Positions 29,256 through 38,615 of a stretch of 64,000 nt of DNA are shown here, one piece after another. The translations under genes and the position numbers were made by a program. The DNA lies in the IMG/VR virus record IMGVR_UViG_3300037042_006844, positions 239,565-303,564 of that record. One strand, written 5' to 3'. Below the pieces are notes generated by a model. That model was given only the letters and a program-made list of their open reading frames with translations. It made no database searches and was not told the DNA's origin. Every line of letters starts with the position of its first letter. Within the stretch, counting starts at the first letter, position 1.

Positions 29256-29634
29256 TGCTAGTCATTCTAACACGGCGTTTCAATTCCGCAAGGTCTTTAA
29301 TCATCTGGGTGCGTTCGGTGTTGATAAATTCAAATGCATCCGTTATAGTTTCGAAGATTTTTGTTGTTTCAGCTTTATGCCCTTCGATTCCCTTTGCATT
29401 TACCGTGTCGTTTGTATCGCACAATTGTTTGTGTGCTTCCAAATCTTTATGCAACCCCACCAAATCACTGTTAAATTGTGCCTCCATTGCTTTGGAAGCC
29501 TTATCCAATTGATTTTGTTGTTCAAACTTCGTCTGCATTGGTTTAATCCAACTGCGATAAACAAAGAAAAGCGTGGCTCCCAGTGATAGGAGCCACGCTG
29601 CAACAACAATTAGAATTGTTGTTTGTGCAGTCAT
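29215..29634 (-). CDS. Membrane-anchored coiled-coil protein
   Basis: N-terminal TM helix followed by heptad-rich region. Confidence 0.6.
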   Translation of the reverse strand: MTAQTTILIVVAAWLLSLGATLFFVYRSWIKPMQTKFEQQNQLDKASKAMEAQFNSDLVGLHKDLEAHKQLCDTNDTVNAKGIEGHKAETTKIFETITDAFEFINTERTQMIKDLAELKRRVRMTSNETKRNTVERRRS

Positions 29635-29642
29635 AGCTTGAG

Positions 29643-29846
29643 TTAGGCTTTATAACCTGCTGCAAGAACTTCACGCAGTGCTCGAATCTGGCGACCATTG
29701 AGATCGAGCCGAGTTTGCCCAGCGCGAAGCGTCAAACGTGCCGCCTTCTTGGTTCCGGGCATTGGGGTCGAGAGGTAAACTTCAACGCCAGTTGAATTGT
29801 GTCCGACGAATTTGGTCTTGTTCTTGCTATTCTTACGCGTATACAT
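29643..29846 (-). CDS. Small basic hypothetical protein
   Basis: 67 aa; A-rich leader and upstream TTGACA-N16-TAAATT. Confidence 0.6.
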   Translation of the reverse strand: MYTRKNSKNKTKFVGHNSTGVEVYLSTPMPGTKKAARLTLRAGQTRLDLNGRQIRALREVLAAGYKA

Positions 29847-29951
29847 ATGTATGTGTCCTTTAGTTTTGTGTTTTTTTGTTTTCGTTAGTTGTTCGCTAAC
29901 TTGATATCAATTTACACCCGAATCTTTGACTGTCAACAGGTTACACTTTTT

Positions 29952-30974
29952 TTAATTTTCGAGTGGCAACTCGCGCAGTAAATATTCATGACAGTTTTTA
30001 GCCATCTGAACATATGCATCGGAAAATTTGTTGGGCTTAGTTCCCTCTTGGAACAGAACGTGATTTTCAATCACCATTTCAAAAAAGTTTATAGCGTAAT
30101 CTTTGAGTTTGAATTCAAACTCCAAATCAACGTCGAGGTCCACAAATTCAACTGGGAATTTTAATGGCGTGTCGCGATGGCTACGCTTGTCGATACCAAA
30201 CTCACCTCTACTTTCACTATAATGAAACAACGGGCGATACTTGCCCCACGACGACATAGCCAACGCAACTGCATTTTTAGCAGAAAGATGACCTGGGTTG
30301 CATTTATGATGTAAATTGTCGTAAGTGATTGGTATGCCGATACGTTGATGAATATGCTCGTAAAGCTGCTCAACATTCCAACTATTGGGCTTGTCCTCGT
30401 TCTCCAGAACCAAACGACTCTGAACACCCTCAGAAAGCGTTTTATACGCCTCTATAAAGCGTTTGGCGATATCGGGGAGTGATCCCTTGAAACAATTCAT
30501 GTGAATGTTTATAGGGGCATTGTAAGAGCGCGGCAGGCCCATTCTGTCCATAAGCAAAGCGTGATGCTCCAATTCCACTAATGATTTGGCAGCTACAGAA
30601 GGGTTTGCGCTGGCTGGGACCACAAACTGGTCGGGGTGCATACTGCACCTGATACTGTTATTTGCAATAGTTTGCGCAATGTCTGCAAATGTGGCGTTGA
30701 TGAGTGCCTTGTCTGGAAGAACGTCGAAGCTAAGATTAGCATCTGGTAGAGTCGCTAAAGGAAACAGACTGCTGCTGATGCGATAGTTCCAATTATTGGC
30801 AATACAATGTTTAATCGTATCGTGCGTCAGATCCAAATTATTAACAACCCGACTACTTAATATCGATAATGCTTTGGTGCGCTCCAATGCCAAAAACCGT
30901 GTTTTGGTCATTGTGCTGGCTCTACGCCCAGATTTTTGCAGTTCGAGTGATATACAACAGAGACTTTTTTTCAT
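29952..30974 (-). CDS. uvsE: UV-damage endonuclease UvsE
   Basis: YRISSSLFP, SMHPDQF, INIH, LVLENED, YDNLHH, FHYS; true start 30974. Confidence 0.93.
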   Translation of the reverse strand: MKKSLCCISLELQKSGRRASTMTKTRFLALERTKALSILSSRVVNNLDLTHDTIKHCIANNWNYRISSSLFPLATLPDANLSFDVLPDKALINATFADIAQTIANNSIRCSMHPDQFVVPASANPSVAAKSLVELEHHALLMDRMGLPRSYNAPINIHMNCFKGSLPDIAKRFIEAYKTLSEGVQSRLVLENEDKPNSWNVEQLYEHIHQRIGIPITYDNLHHKCNPGHLSAKNAVALAMSSWGKYRPLFHYSESRGEFGIDKRSHRDTPLKFPVEFVDLDVDLEFEFKLKDYAINFFEMVIENHVLFQEGTKPNKFSDAYVQMAKNCHEYLLRELPLEN

Positions 30975-31036
30975 ATTTTTGGAGGAAGGAAACCTCTTCG
31001 GCTTTAGCCAAGAGGAGGAATTCCGACCATGCATTT

Positions 31037-31065
31037 AATATAATACATATTCTCCGATTTGTCAA
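31037..31065 (-). promoter_or_regulatory. Outward-facing promoter inside IS copy 3
   Basis: TTGACA-N17-TATATT. Confidence 0.7.
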
Positions 31066-31126
31066 CATTAAAAATATTTTTCATTATTTTTCAACTTTTT
31101 GTATTTCAAGTGTATACTTATATGAA

Positions 31127-32293
31127 GTGATAAGCTATAATACACAACTTTTAATGAAAACTCAAGATGACTTTGATAATCTCAAGTCAATTCTTGATAT
31201 GCATAAAATTGTGTTTAATTTCGCTTCAAATCTACAATTCAATGAATTAAAAAATAGTTTAGTTGTTTTACATTCAAAAGTCTATTACAATATTCGTAAA
31301 CAATATCCAAACATTCCATCTCAAGTCATAATCAAAGCTGAACAGGAATGCCTGTCAAGTTATAAAACTACTAAATCTAATAAACATAAATTGAAGAAGC
31401 CGATTGAGAAAAAGAATCTCTCAGTGAGATTGGATAAAAGACTTTATTCCAAAAATAAAGATGATAAATACTCTATTCGTATAACGTCTGCGGTTGGAAG
31501 ACAGTCGTATAAATTTGTAGTATATCACAAATTAAAAGAGTTGTTGGATAAGTATGAGTATGCGGACCCATTGATTTATGAAAATGGTGGCAAATTATTT
31601 ATATCATTTTGTTTTGATACTAAACCAAAAGACAAAATCAAGCAAAAATTAGCTTTAGGAGTTGATATCGGAATTCGTCGTAGTGTTGCTTGTAGCGACG
31701 GAAGAATCGTTATTGATAGAAAATTTAATGGTGACAAACGCAAGTTAAGGCATCTGAAAGATGCCCTAAAATCAAAAGGATCAAAGTCTACCAGAAGACA
31801 TCTTAGTAAATTGAGACGCAAAGAGCACAACAAAAACAAAAACCAAACTCATCTTGTTGCCAATGAAGTTTTGAGAACAAAAGCAGACACCATCGTTCTT
31901 GAAAATCTAAAAGGCATAAAGAAAAAGAAACACAAATATCAAAATAAGCGTTCAATTGGACAAGTTCCAATGTTTGAATTTCGCAGAGTAATAACCTATA
32001 AGGCAGAGAACCAAGGTAAGACGGTTCTACTAGTTCGCCCTTATTACACATCACAAACTGATTGCGTAACTGGCAATCGTGAAGGTGAAAGAAGAGGTTG
32101 TAGATTTTACTCTAAGAATGGGCTTATTTATGATGCGGACATCAATGCTGCAATCAATATTGCAAAACTGTCCAAACTTCCCGTATCACAGACTAATTAT
32201 CTGACTTATGGGCAGGCACTCGTCAACGTGCCAATCGTATGTAAATCTTCTGCTAGTAGGGAAGTATTACAAGCCCCTATGGCTTTAGCCTAG
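31127..32293 (+). CDS. tnpB: TnpB (degenerate zinc finger); probable GTG start
   Basis: VISYNTQL aligns to LTYNTKL of copy 2; GVDIG, IVLENL, DADINAAINI. Confidence 0.92.
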   Translation: MISYNTQLLMKTQDDFDNLKSILDMHKIVFNFASNLQFNELKNSLVVLHSKVYYNIRKQYPNIPSQVIIKAEQECLSSYKTTKSNKHKLKKPIEKKNLSVRLDKRLYSKNKDDKYSIRITSAVGRQSYKFVVYHKLKELLDKYEYADPLIYENGGKLFISFCFDTKPKDKIKQKLALGVDIGIRRSVACSDGRIVIDRKFNGDKRKLRHLKDALKSKGSKSTRRHLSKLRRKEHNKNKNQTHLVANEVLRTKADTIVLENLKGIKKKKHKYQNKRSIGQVPMFEFRRVITYKAENQGKTVLLVRPYYTSQTDCVTGNREGERRGCRFYSKNGLIYDADINAAINIAKLSKLPVSQTNYLTYGQALVNVPIVCKSSASREVLQAPMALA

Positions 32294-32310
32294 GGGTAGT
32301 TGACTCTCCG

Positions 32311-32338
32311 AATATACCACGTTCTATAAAAATGTCAA
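32311..32338 (-). promoter_or_regulatory. Orphaned original uvsE promoter
   Basis: TTGACA-N16-TATATT; lies 6 nt from uvsE ATG once the IS is removed. Confidence 0.7.
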
Positions 32339-32740
32339 TTAGGCACTTCCGCTGATAAACGAGCCTGTGGCGCAACAATTAATGCCCAGAATAGGACAGA
32401 AATATCCCAGTAGTTTCCATGTTGCTGGACCCGCTGCCGTTTTGACCCAAGATGCCTTTTTATTGATGCCTTGAGCCAATACGTATGAAGTTTGTCTGGT
32501 GAGATTTGGAAATTGATCACTCAACGAATTGAAATCAGCGTCGCTATTGTTACGATAATAAATGGTGTTATCGTTTTTTATCAACAAATCCCCAGGGTCG
32601 CCAGTGAAAATACCGTTCGGACTCGCATCGACTTCTTTGTTTGACCTAGCCTTTTGGGCAAACTGCGTCAATTTAGATACGAACTGTTGGTATCGATCTG
32701 CGAACGTATAGTTTACTGATGGATTTTTACTTTTGCCCAT
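32339..32740 (-). CDS. Hypothetical protein
   Basis: 133 aa; CTATTTATA motif upstream. Confidence 0.6.
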   Translation of the reverse strand: MGKSKNPSVNYTFADRYQQFVSKLTQFAQKARSNKEVDASPNGIFTGDPGDLLIKNDNTIYYRNNSDADFNSLSDQFPNLTRQTSYVLAQGINKKASWVKTAAGPATWKLLGYFCPILGINCCATGSFISGSA

Positions 32741-32833
32741 GTGTTTACCTTATAAATAGTAAAAATCTCATCTTCCAACCGCATCAATACAAAGTTTTTT
32801 CCAGACTATCTATATTTATGCATAGATAATATC

Positions 32834-33073
32834 ATGCAGTTAAAAAAACTCAATCCAGCCGAAACAACGTTTTATGTGTTTGAAACGTCCAGCACAACAT
32901 TCAGCCTTTTTGATAGTCAGCTGGATGTTGCTATTTATTATGGAAGCTGGAACATGTGCGAAGGCTTGATTAAAAATATAAAAAAGCACATGAAATCTGC
33001 TTCGATCCTCTACTACACAAAAAACAAAAGCGGAACTCTTGTTTCAGAGTCCGCTTGGTCACACAAAGCTTGA
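32834..33073 (+). CDS. Hypothetical protein
   Basis: 79 aa; ATATTTAT motif upstream. Confidence 0.55.
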   Translation: MQLKKLNPAETTFYVFETSSTTFSLFDSQLDVAIYYGSWNMCEGLIKNIKKHMKSASILYYTKNKSGTLVSESAWSHKA

Positions 33074-33088
33074 AGCTTTATATCGAGG

Positions 33089-33463
33089 TTAGACTGTGAC
33101 GGATGTTGGTTTTGAAAGGACCGTTGCAATGTTTGGCACAGCAACAGAATCGACTTCGGGTGTTTGAATATTCATAACATTGATACTCAATGCGGATTTG
33201 AGAAGCACACCTCTACTCTTGGCATCCGCAATATGCTCTTGAGTGATGGGACCATGCACCATAACGATGCGGGGACGACCTTTACCGTTTGGTAAATACC
33301 CAAGCTCATTCACAATTGCTTCTCGAACGGCATTTTTAATCCGAACCCGCAACGTAATGTTGACGAAATCGGGATTTGCCGTATGACAATCCTCGACAGT
33401 AAAAAGGTTTTTGGGCCAATTCACTGTGAGTCCAGTTTTGTTTTTTCTATCAGTTTTCTTCAT
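33089..33463 (-). CDS. Hypothetical protein, possibly winged-helix DNA-binding
   Basis: FTVED...ITLRVRI...GKGRP pattern. Confidence 0.5.
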   Translation of the reverse strand: MKKTDRKNKTGLTVNWPKNLFTVEDCHTANPDFVNITLRVRIKNAVREAIVNELGYLPNGKGRPRIVMVHGPITQEHIADAKSRGVLLKSALSINVMNIQTPEVDSVAVPNIATVLSKPTSVTV

Positions 33464-33538
33464 ATTTTGTCCGTTTGTTTGTTTGTTTTTACTTTGTGTT
33501 AAGTAAAGTCTACTTTCTAAATTATATCACCCAAATGC

Positions 33539-35680
33539 TTAATTGTCAATGCTTTCCAACATCTTTTTATTGAGAGTTGAAACGATCTGGTTAATGTTTC
33601 CCACATTGATATAGATGGCATCTTGACCATACATCATTTTGAACAGTTCAGATAGTTTGTTACCGTAACCACCCGAATCGCTAATGAAATAGGAAATGAC
33701 ATTGTAATTATAATCACGAATCTTTTTGGTCTGGTTACGAGTGTGACGGGCAGCAGCTTCGCCGCTATAACTGATATGTTGATCGCTACCGTCTGGCGCG
33801 AATGTGTAGCAAGGCTCGCCATCGCTAATATTGATGAAATAATTATCAGTATTCTCTTCTGCTTTCGGCAGAACCCGCATAATTGCTTCAAAAGCCAGTC
33901 CTTCTGGAGTCAAACCGTTTGGTTGCAAAAATGAAAAAATGCTTTTGATTTTGACAAATTTATCCACGGCACTATCATAGCCAATAACAACATATGGAAG
34001 CTTATCCATAGTGGTTCGGAAACTAATACTGACCCGAATGTTTTCCAACATACTAGCTGCCTTGGCAATTGCCGTGCAGAGTCGCATAGTTCTATTCCAC
34101 TTGTCGCCGCGCATACTAGAACTTGCATCCACACTGATATGGAAATTCATTTTCTTGTATTTATGGGCAGAAATAGAGTAGAAAACGTTTTCCGTTTCAC
34201 AACCCAATTCATGCAACAAACGCTTATCAATCTTGCCAGTCTCTCTACGGCTGAACTTGTCAATATTCACTTCGTTGCGGAACTGAAGACGCTTTCCGAT
34301 TTTGACTCCCATCGAAATTCCTTCATCAATATACCGCTGCAATTCCACAACCGAAGAAACCTTGTGTGGATCATTATTGGAACCATATAGATAATGCACG
34401 GACGACCCCAAAGGAAACTCTACAGTGAGAACCAATTCACGGGTCATATTTTTGACCAAAACGCATTCGATTGCTCCCACACCATTTTGGCTTTTGACAT
34501 ACTCACCACCAACGTCAACCAAATCAATTTTGCTCTGTTCCAACACAGTGAGCACCAACGATTCTTTTCTGGCGATTTTCTTTTTCTTAATATCACCAGA
34601 CACAAAATTTTTCTGCTTTTCGAATGCCTTTTGGATTCTCTTCAATTTGCTTAGGCTGACATCTTTATCCTCACCAATGTCGGTTACTTGTGCATCTTGG
34701 TTAACGTCCGCCACGTTAGTTGCATTACCACCAAATATCGAATCCAAGTTGCCGTTGCCGGGTTTAGAGTCGTCTTTGTCAGATGAATCAGCCTCGCCTT
34801 CTCCAGCTTCTCCAGAACTGCCAGAAATGCCAGAAATGCCAGAAATATCAGAAATGGTTCGCTCGTCCTTGCGCCCAGCAGCAGGGTTCTGCTCCTGTGA
34901 ATCATACTCGGTGACGTTTTTGAACATCTGTGTAGCAATATCCAGAGCAACCTCAAGTCGCTTTTCTGGTGTATCCAGACGAATCATGTTGCTAAGATCG
35001 AGTGTTTTTGCGATATCATACAAACCAGGCAAAGCATTCAAATCAGTATGCTTATTGGTAATGTTGATCAACCGATACATGTAGGATTCGATACTGGGAT
35101 TACGATATAATTTGCTTTTCAAACCGTCATCAATCGCGGATGAGTTGAAATACTTATCGTAAAGGCTCTGATAATACCCACGGTAGCCCGGAGCATTTTT
35201 GTAGATCATGTAGTCGATGTATCGATCTTCAACGAGATTGAGCATCATGCGACAAATATCAGCAACCGACTCCTTGTTGATCCCTAACTTTTCGGTATAA
35301 TCATAAATTTCCCGAGGAATGCGCTGCCAAATTGTTTTGAACAAATCAAAATTACTATAACGAATGTGACTACCTTCGTGTAGAGCCAGACCCACTGCAA
35401 CGTCGAAATTTTCCTTTTCGTTGATGTCAGCACCAATATAAACCGTTTTTCCGTCAGTCATGCTCACATTTTGATCATTAAACATGACGGGAATGGTTTT
35501 GTTGGTGAGAATAGTAACGTAATTCGCCACGGCTCTGCGAGCCGCACTCATGCGAATCAGAGTAGCAGTTCGCCGACTCTGTGAGTTCGACACATCAACA
35601 AAGTTGGAATTTTCACTAAAATCCCAATCGATGTCAAACTCGTCCAACCAAAAATCGCTACTGTGCTTTGTTTTGTCCAT
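33539..35680 (-). CDS. vWA-domain protein with N-terminal HExxH region (CobT-like partner)
   Basis: LHEGSH; acidic linker; MIDAS DASSSM, TPEG, ISDGEP; likely start MDKTK. Confidence 0.85.
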   Translation of the reverse strand: MDKTKHSSDFWLDEFDIDWDFSENSNFVDVSNSQSRRTATLIRMSAARRAVANYVTILTNKTIPVMFNDQNVSMTDGKTVYIGADINEKENFDVAVGLALHEGSHIRYSNFDLFKTIWQRIPREIYDYTEKLGINKESVADICRMMLNLVEDRYIDYMIYKNAPGYRGYYQSLYDKYFNSSAIDDGLKSKLYRNPSIESYMYRLINITNKHTDLNALPGLYDIAKTLDLSNMIRLDTPEKRLEVALDIATQMFKNVTEYDSQEQNPAAGRKDERTISDISGISGISGSSGEAGEGEADSSDKDDSKPGNGNLDSIFGGNATNVADVNQDAQVTDIGEDKDVSLSKLKRIQKAFEKQKNFVSGDIKKKKIARKESLVLTVLEQSKIDLVDVGGEYVKSQNGVGAIECVLVKNMTRELVLTVEFPLGSSVHYLYGSNNDPHKVSSVVELQRYIDEGISMGVKIGKRLQFRNEVNIDKFSRRETGKIDKRLLHELGCETENVFYSISAHKYKKMNFHISVDASSSMRGDKWNRTMRLCTAIAKAASMLENIRVSISFRTTMDKLPYVVIGYDSAVDKFVKIKSIFSFLQPNGLTPEGLAFEAIMRVLPKAEENTDNYFINISDGEPCYTFAPDGSDQHISYSGEAAARHTRNQTKKIRDYNYNVISYFISDSGGYGNKLSELFKMMYGQDAIYINVGNINQIVSTLNKKMLESIDN
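34812..34856. repeat. 9-bp tandem repeat (ccagaaatg-like x5) in vWA linker
   Basis: Encodes ISD-ISG-ISG-ISG-SSG. Confidence 0.7.
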
Positions 35681-35693
35681 ATTGTTATTGATA

Positions 35694-36671
35694 TTAAAAC
35701 GGAACTTCGCCGACCTTTTCTTTAACAGGATCATTAAACAGATCGGTCTTTGTGTCGATCCTCACATACTTCTGAACCAACTGCTTCATATAGGTGCGCT
35801 CGCTGTCAACGCCACCATCTTCCGAGAAATTGGGATAAATCGTCATTTCAGCAATCTCAAGAAGGCTGAATCCATCCACAATAAGCTCGGCAATTTCAAC
35901 CGTGCTACGAGTGGGAAGGAAGTTGGTGATTTTACTTTCATCTTGCTTGACCTGCTTGCGGGTGTGATCTGCGATATCACACACAGCCATCAATGTTTCG
36001 AGATGGTTATTGTCAGAAATGCTGAATCGGCTTTTTAGCAGATTATATTCACTGTCCTTGTCAAGGGGAGTCATTTCAATTTTGACAGGAAATCGAGACA
36101 ACAGAGCACGGTCCATGACTCGGGTTGCGGTATATTCATTACCCACGTTGGCAGTGGCAATGAACGTCACTCCTTCAGCAACATTCACAATCTCATTATC
36201 TTCCTTTTCATCCAACCGCAAATAACGTTGCAGATCATCCAAAACCGTCATGAGAATATTCACACCGTCATGGTGAGAACGGGAAATTTCATCGAGCAGA
36301 ATAATAGCATTGGGAGTGCGAATTGCTTTGACAAAGCTGGACTCTTTGAAAAATGTGCCAGAGCTTTTATCAAAATGTGTGTTGCCGATCAGTGCCGATC
36401 TTGCATCTTGGGTCGCGCCCAAATTGAAATAGAAAAACTTGTTGTCCTTACCAATTGCCTTGGCAACAGTTTGGGCAGCAAGAGTCTTTCCGCAGCCGGT
36501 TGGTCCGAGTAACAAAATGTTCTTGCCACGGACGGCACTGCGAACCATATATTTCCATTTCACCTCATCCATGATGAGTGAGGGAGGAAGAAGCTTTTTA
36601 CAATCGGCAAGATACTTCTTCATATCGAAGTTCTCCGATGTCGTGAGGTTGACGTTGTTTTTATGTTTCAT
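35694..36671 (-). CDS. MoxR/CbbQ/CobS-type AAA+ ATPase
   Basis: GPTGCGKT, LLDEISR, ATAN, DRALLSRF. Confidence 0.9.
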   Translation of the reverse strand: MKHKNNVNLTTSENFDMKKYLADCKKLLPPSLIMDEVKWKYMVRSAVRGKNILLLGPTGCGKTLAAQTVAKAIGKDNKFFYFNLGATQDARSALIGNTHFDKSSGTFFKESSFVKAIRTPNAIILLDEISRSHHDGVNILMTVLDDLQRYLRLDEKEDNEIVNVAEGVTFIATANVGNEYTATRVMDRALLSRFPVKIEMTPLDKDSEYNLLKSRFSISDNNHLETLMAVCDIADHTRKQVKQDESKITNFLPTRSTVEIAELIVDGFSLLEIAEMTIYPNFSEDGGVDSERTYMKQLVQKYVRIDTKTDLFNDPVKEKVGEVPF

Positions 36672-36796
36672 AGATTGTATGTTCTGCAACTAAGATTATT
36701 CTAACACAGCTTGTTATACTGTCAACAGGGGAAAATAAAAAAACCGCCAACATTGCTGCTGACGGTTTGTTAAGTTATTGAAAGGATATGTTTACT

Positions 36797-37141
36797 TTAT
36801 CGCCTATGATGCCAATGGGATTGGCGGTATTCATATCTCACCACAACTGGGGTCGGCGGGGCATAATAGTAGTAATAATAATAAACCGGAGTTGGTTGAA
36901 CGTAAACCACTGGAGCAGCCACAACCACTGGTTGCTGATAAACTATGGGTTGTTGAACAACCACTGGTTGCTGGTAGATTATGGTTGGTCTTGGCGGGTT
37001 CACAATATGATCAATTGTATGAATTACGGCAACCCCAGTTAAAATCTTACCTGCTGTTGCCCATTCTCTGTCTCCAGCCGAAACAGTTTGACCCAACAAA
37101 AACGATGCCAAAAGAGCACCAACGATTAATAGTTTCTTCAT
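36797..37141 (-). CDS. Secreted Pro/Val/Tyr-rich protein of bacterial type
   Basis: Signal peptide, GDREWATAGKILTG, QQP repeats, Tyr7 run. Confidence 0.65.
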   Translation of the reverse strand: MKKLLIVGALLASFLLGQTVSAGDREWATAGKILTGVAVIHTIDHIVNPPRPTIIYQQPVVVQQPIVYQQPVVVAAPVVYVQPTPVYYYYYYYAPPTPVVVRYEYRQSHWHHRR

Positions 37142-37225
37142 ATATTTTTATAGTTACACTTTCACTAGCATTCTAACATACGTTAGAAGCAGAGTCAAGT
37201 GGTCGTATTCAAACGATGAATACGT

Positions 37226-37867
37226 TTACTTTTTGCGAGCTTTACCACCTTTGGTGTATTTAATCACCAACTTTTGAAGATTTTTAGGCAGTTTTGGTGG
37301 CTCGTAACTGGGTTTCTTAGACTTATAATCGATTTGTTTTTCAGTCTTGCCCATTGGACGCATAGGTTGAGTTGGATCATCCTTTTCGTCGTTCATTTTT
37401 TCTGCTTTGATGTTCTTGACAATCTTATTGTCTTTTTCTGGGTTTACCACGTTTTGCTCATCAGCAGCTTTATCGGATTTCTTACCACCCTCTTTATCTT
37501 TACTGTTCTCCACGTTACGAGAATATGCAGTATCAACGTAATTCAAATCTTTGTTGGTCAACCACCCCTTGACAAGCTTCTTGGTCTCTTCAAATGGAAC
37601 ATACAGAACCTTTTTACGTTCCACACCGTCTTTGAAATATTGCAAATCGAAGATGTCGTGAACAATAGGGCGGACGCTTATATGATGTGGTTCGCACTCA
37701 CACACATTATAGTTGCCTTTATCATCGAGCTTCACTGGCTTTTTGATATCTTTCTCAAGCTCGATCATCATTTCAGCCCAAGAATCTGAAACGTCAGTCT
37801 TCTTTTCCTCGATGACCTCTCTAACCAATTTGCGAAAGCCTTGAATAATTCGTTGTCTTTTGTTCAT
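37226..37867 (-). CDS. Hypothetical protein (possibly virion-associated)
   Basis: RKLVREVIEE motif; ATATTTATA upstream. Confidence 0.6.
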   Translation of the reverse strand: MNKRQRIIQGFRKLVREVIEEKKTDVSDSWAEMMIELEKDIKKPVKLDDKGNYNVCECEPHHISVRPIVHDIFDLQYFKDGVERKKVLYVPFEETKKLVKGWLTNKDLNYVDTAYSRNVENSKDKEGGKKSDKAADEQNVVNPEKDNKIVKNIKAEKMNDEKDDPTQPMRPMGKTEKQIDYKSKKPSYEPPKLPKNLQKLVIKYTKGGKARKK

Positions 37868-37932
37868 ACAATAAGTCTAACATATAAATATGTGCTACTC
37901 TTGAAAAATAGCACATATTTATCGTATTATTG

Positions 37933-38586
37933 TTATCGGATTGGGCAGGCCCCACCTTCACACTCAATACCAACCAAAACCTCGCCAGCATTGATATTCA
38001 AATTCGGCAACGGCTTGACTCGTTCTTTGGCTTTGAGGTAGGTGGCTTCATCAATTTCTTGATAAGGAGCTTGTTTGAATCCATGTTCTTTGTGCAGCAG
38101 AAAACTCACGCTCTTGATACTATTTTTGTAGTTTTCTTTCAACCACTCTTTGATCTCACCCAGTTCTTCGGGCTTGTAATACGCGGTGATGCTCACAGCA
38201 TTATCACTCCAAATGTTCTGCACTTTCTTGACCAAATTCAATTGATCAATAATATTGGCATCTTCCTTCAACAAAGCACCGGCTGGCGTTTCGCATGGAA
38301 AATACACAACCATAGTGTCGTGGTTTTGACTTCCATCAAAATTCAAAAGGAACTCTGTATGATAACCAAGGTCTTTGCATATTTGCACCAGCTTATCACT
38401 GCTGCTCATGCGAATGGTGCGGAAATAGTGCTTGCTATATGCGGGATGAATTCCAGGAGTAGCACCTCCAAGCAAACTCAATGTATTATGACTTACTATA
38501 CCATTTTCCAATTGATAACAATGTGTATCCTCAACTTCACAATCCACTGTGAAATTTTCTTTAACTTCTTTTTTGATCAATTTCAT
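37933..38586 (-). CDS. nrdJ: Class II RNR part 3: split-intein C-half 2 (34 aa, 38485-38586) + C-extein (183 aa)
   Basis: ...TVDCEVEDTHCYQLENGIVSHN|TLSLLGGATPGIHP...ECEGGACPIR. Confidence 0.93.
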   Translation of the reverse strand: MKLIKKEVKENFTVDCEVEDTHCYQLENGIVSHNTLSLLGGATPGIHPAYSKHYFRTIRMSSSDKLVQICKDLGYHTEFLLNFDGSQNHDTMVVYFPCETPAGALLKEDANIIDQLNLVKKVQNIWSDNAVSITAYYKPEELGEIKEWLKENYKNSIKSVSFLLHKEHGFKQAPYQEIDEATYLKAKERVKPLPNLNINAGEVLVGIECEGGACPIR

Positions 38587-38615
38587 ATTTTAATTGTTCT
38601 TTTATTAGTTCTTTT

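Larger units (their letters stand above)
30975..32304 (+). mobile_element. IS200/IS605 tnpB-only family-A element (copy 3), target TCAT
   Basis: Left end identical to copy 2 over ~56 nt; right end CAAG-cccctatggctttagcctagggg-tagtTGAC. Confidence 0.92.

Noticed and set aside
4447-31030. Repeated 55-nt palindromic sequence as a CRISPR repeat or riboswitch; TnpBs as Cas12f
   Set aside because: Copies are dispersed, not arrayed with spacers, and are explained as IS200/IS605 ends. No array or cas1/cas2 was seen.
30869-31126. 474-aa version of TnpB
   Set aside because: The extension crosses the IS boundary into antisense uvsE; alignment with copy 2 supports a start at 31127.
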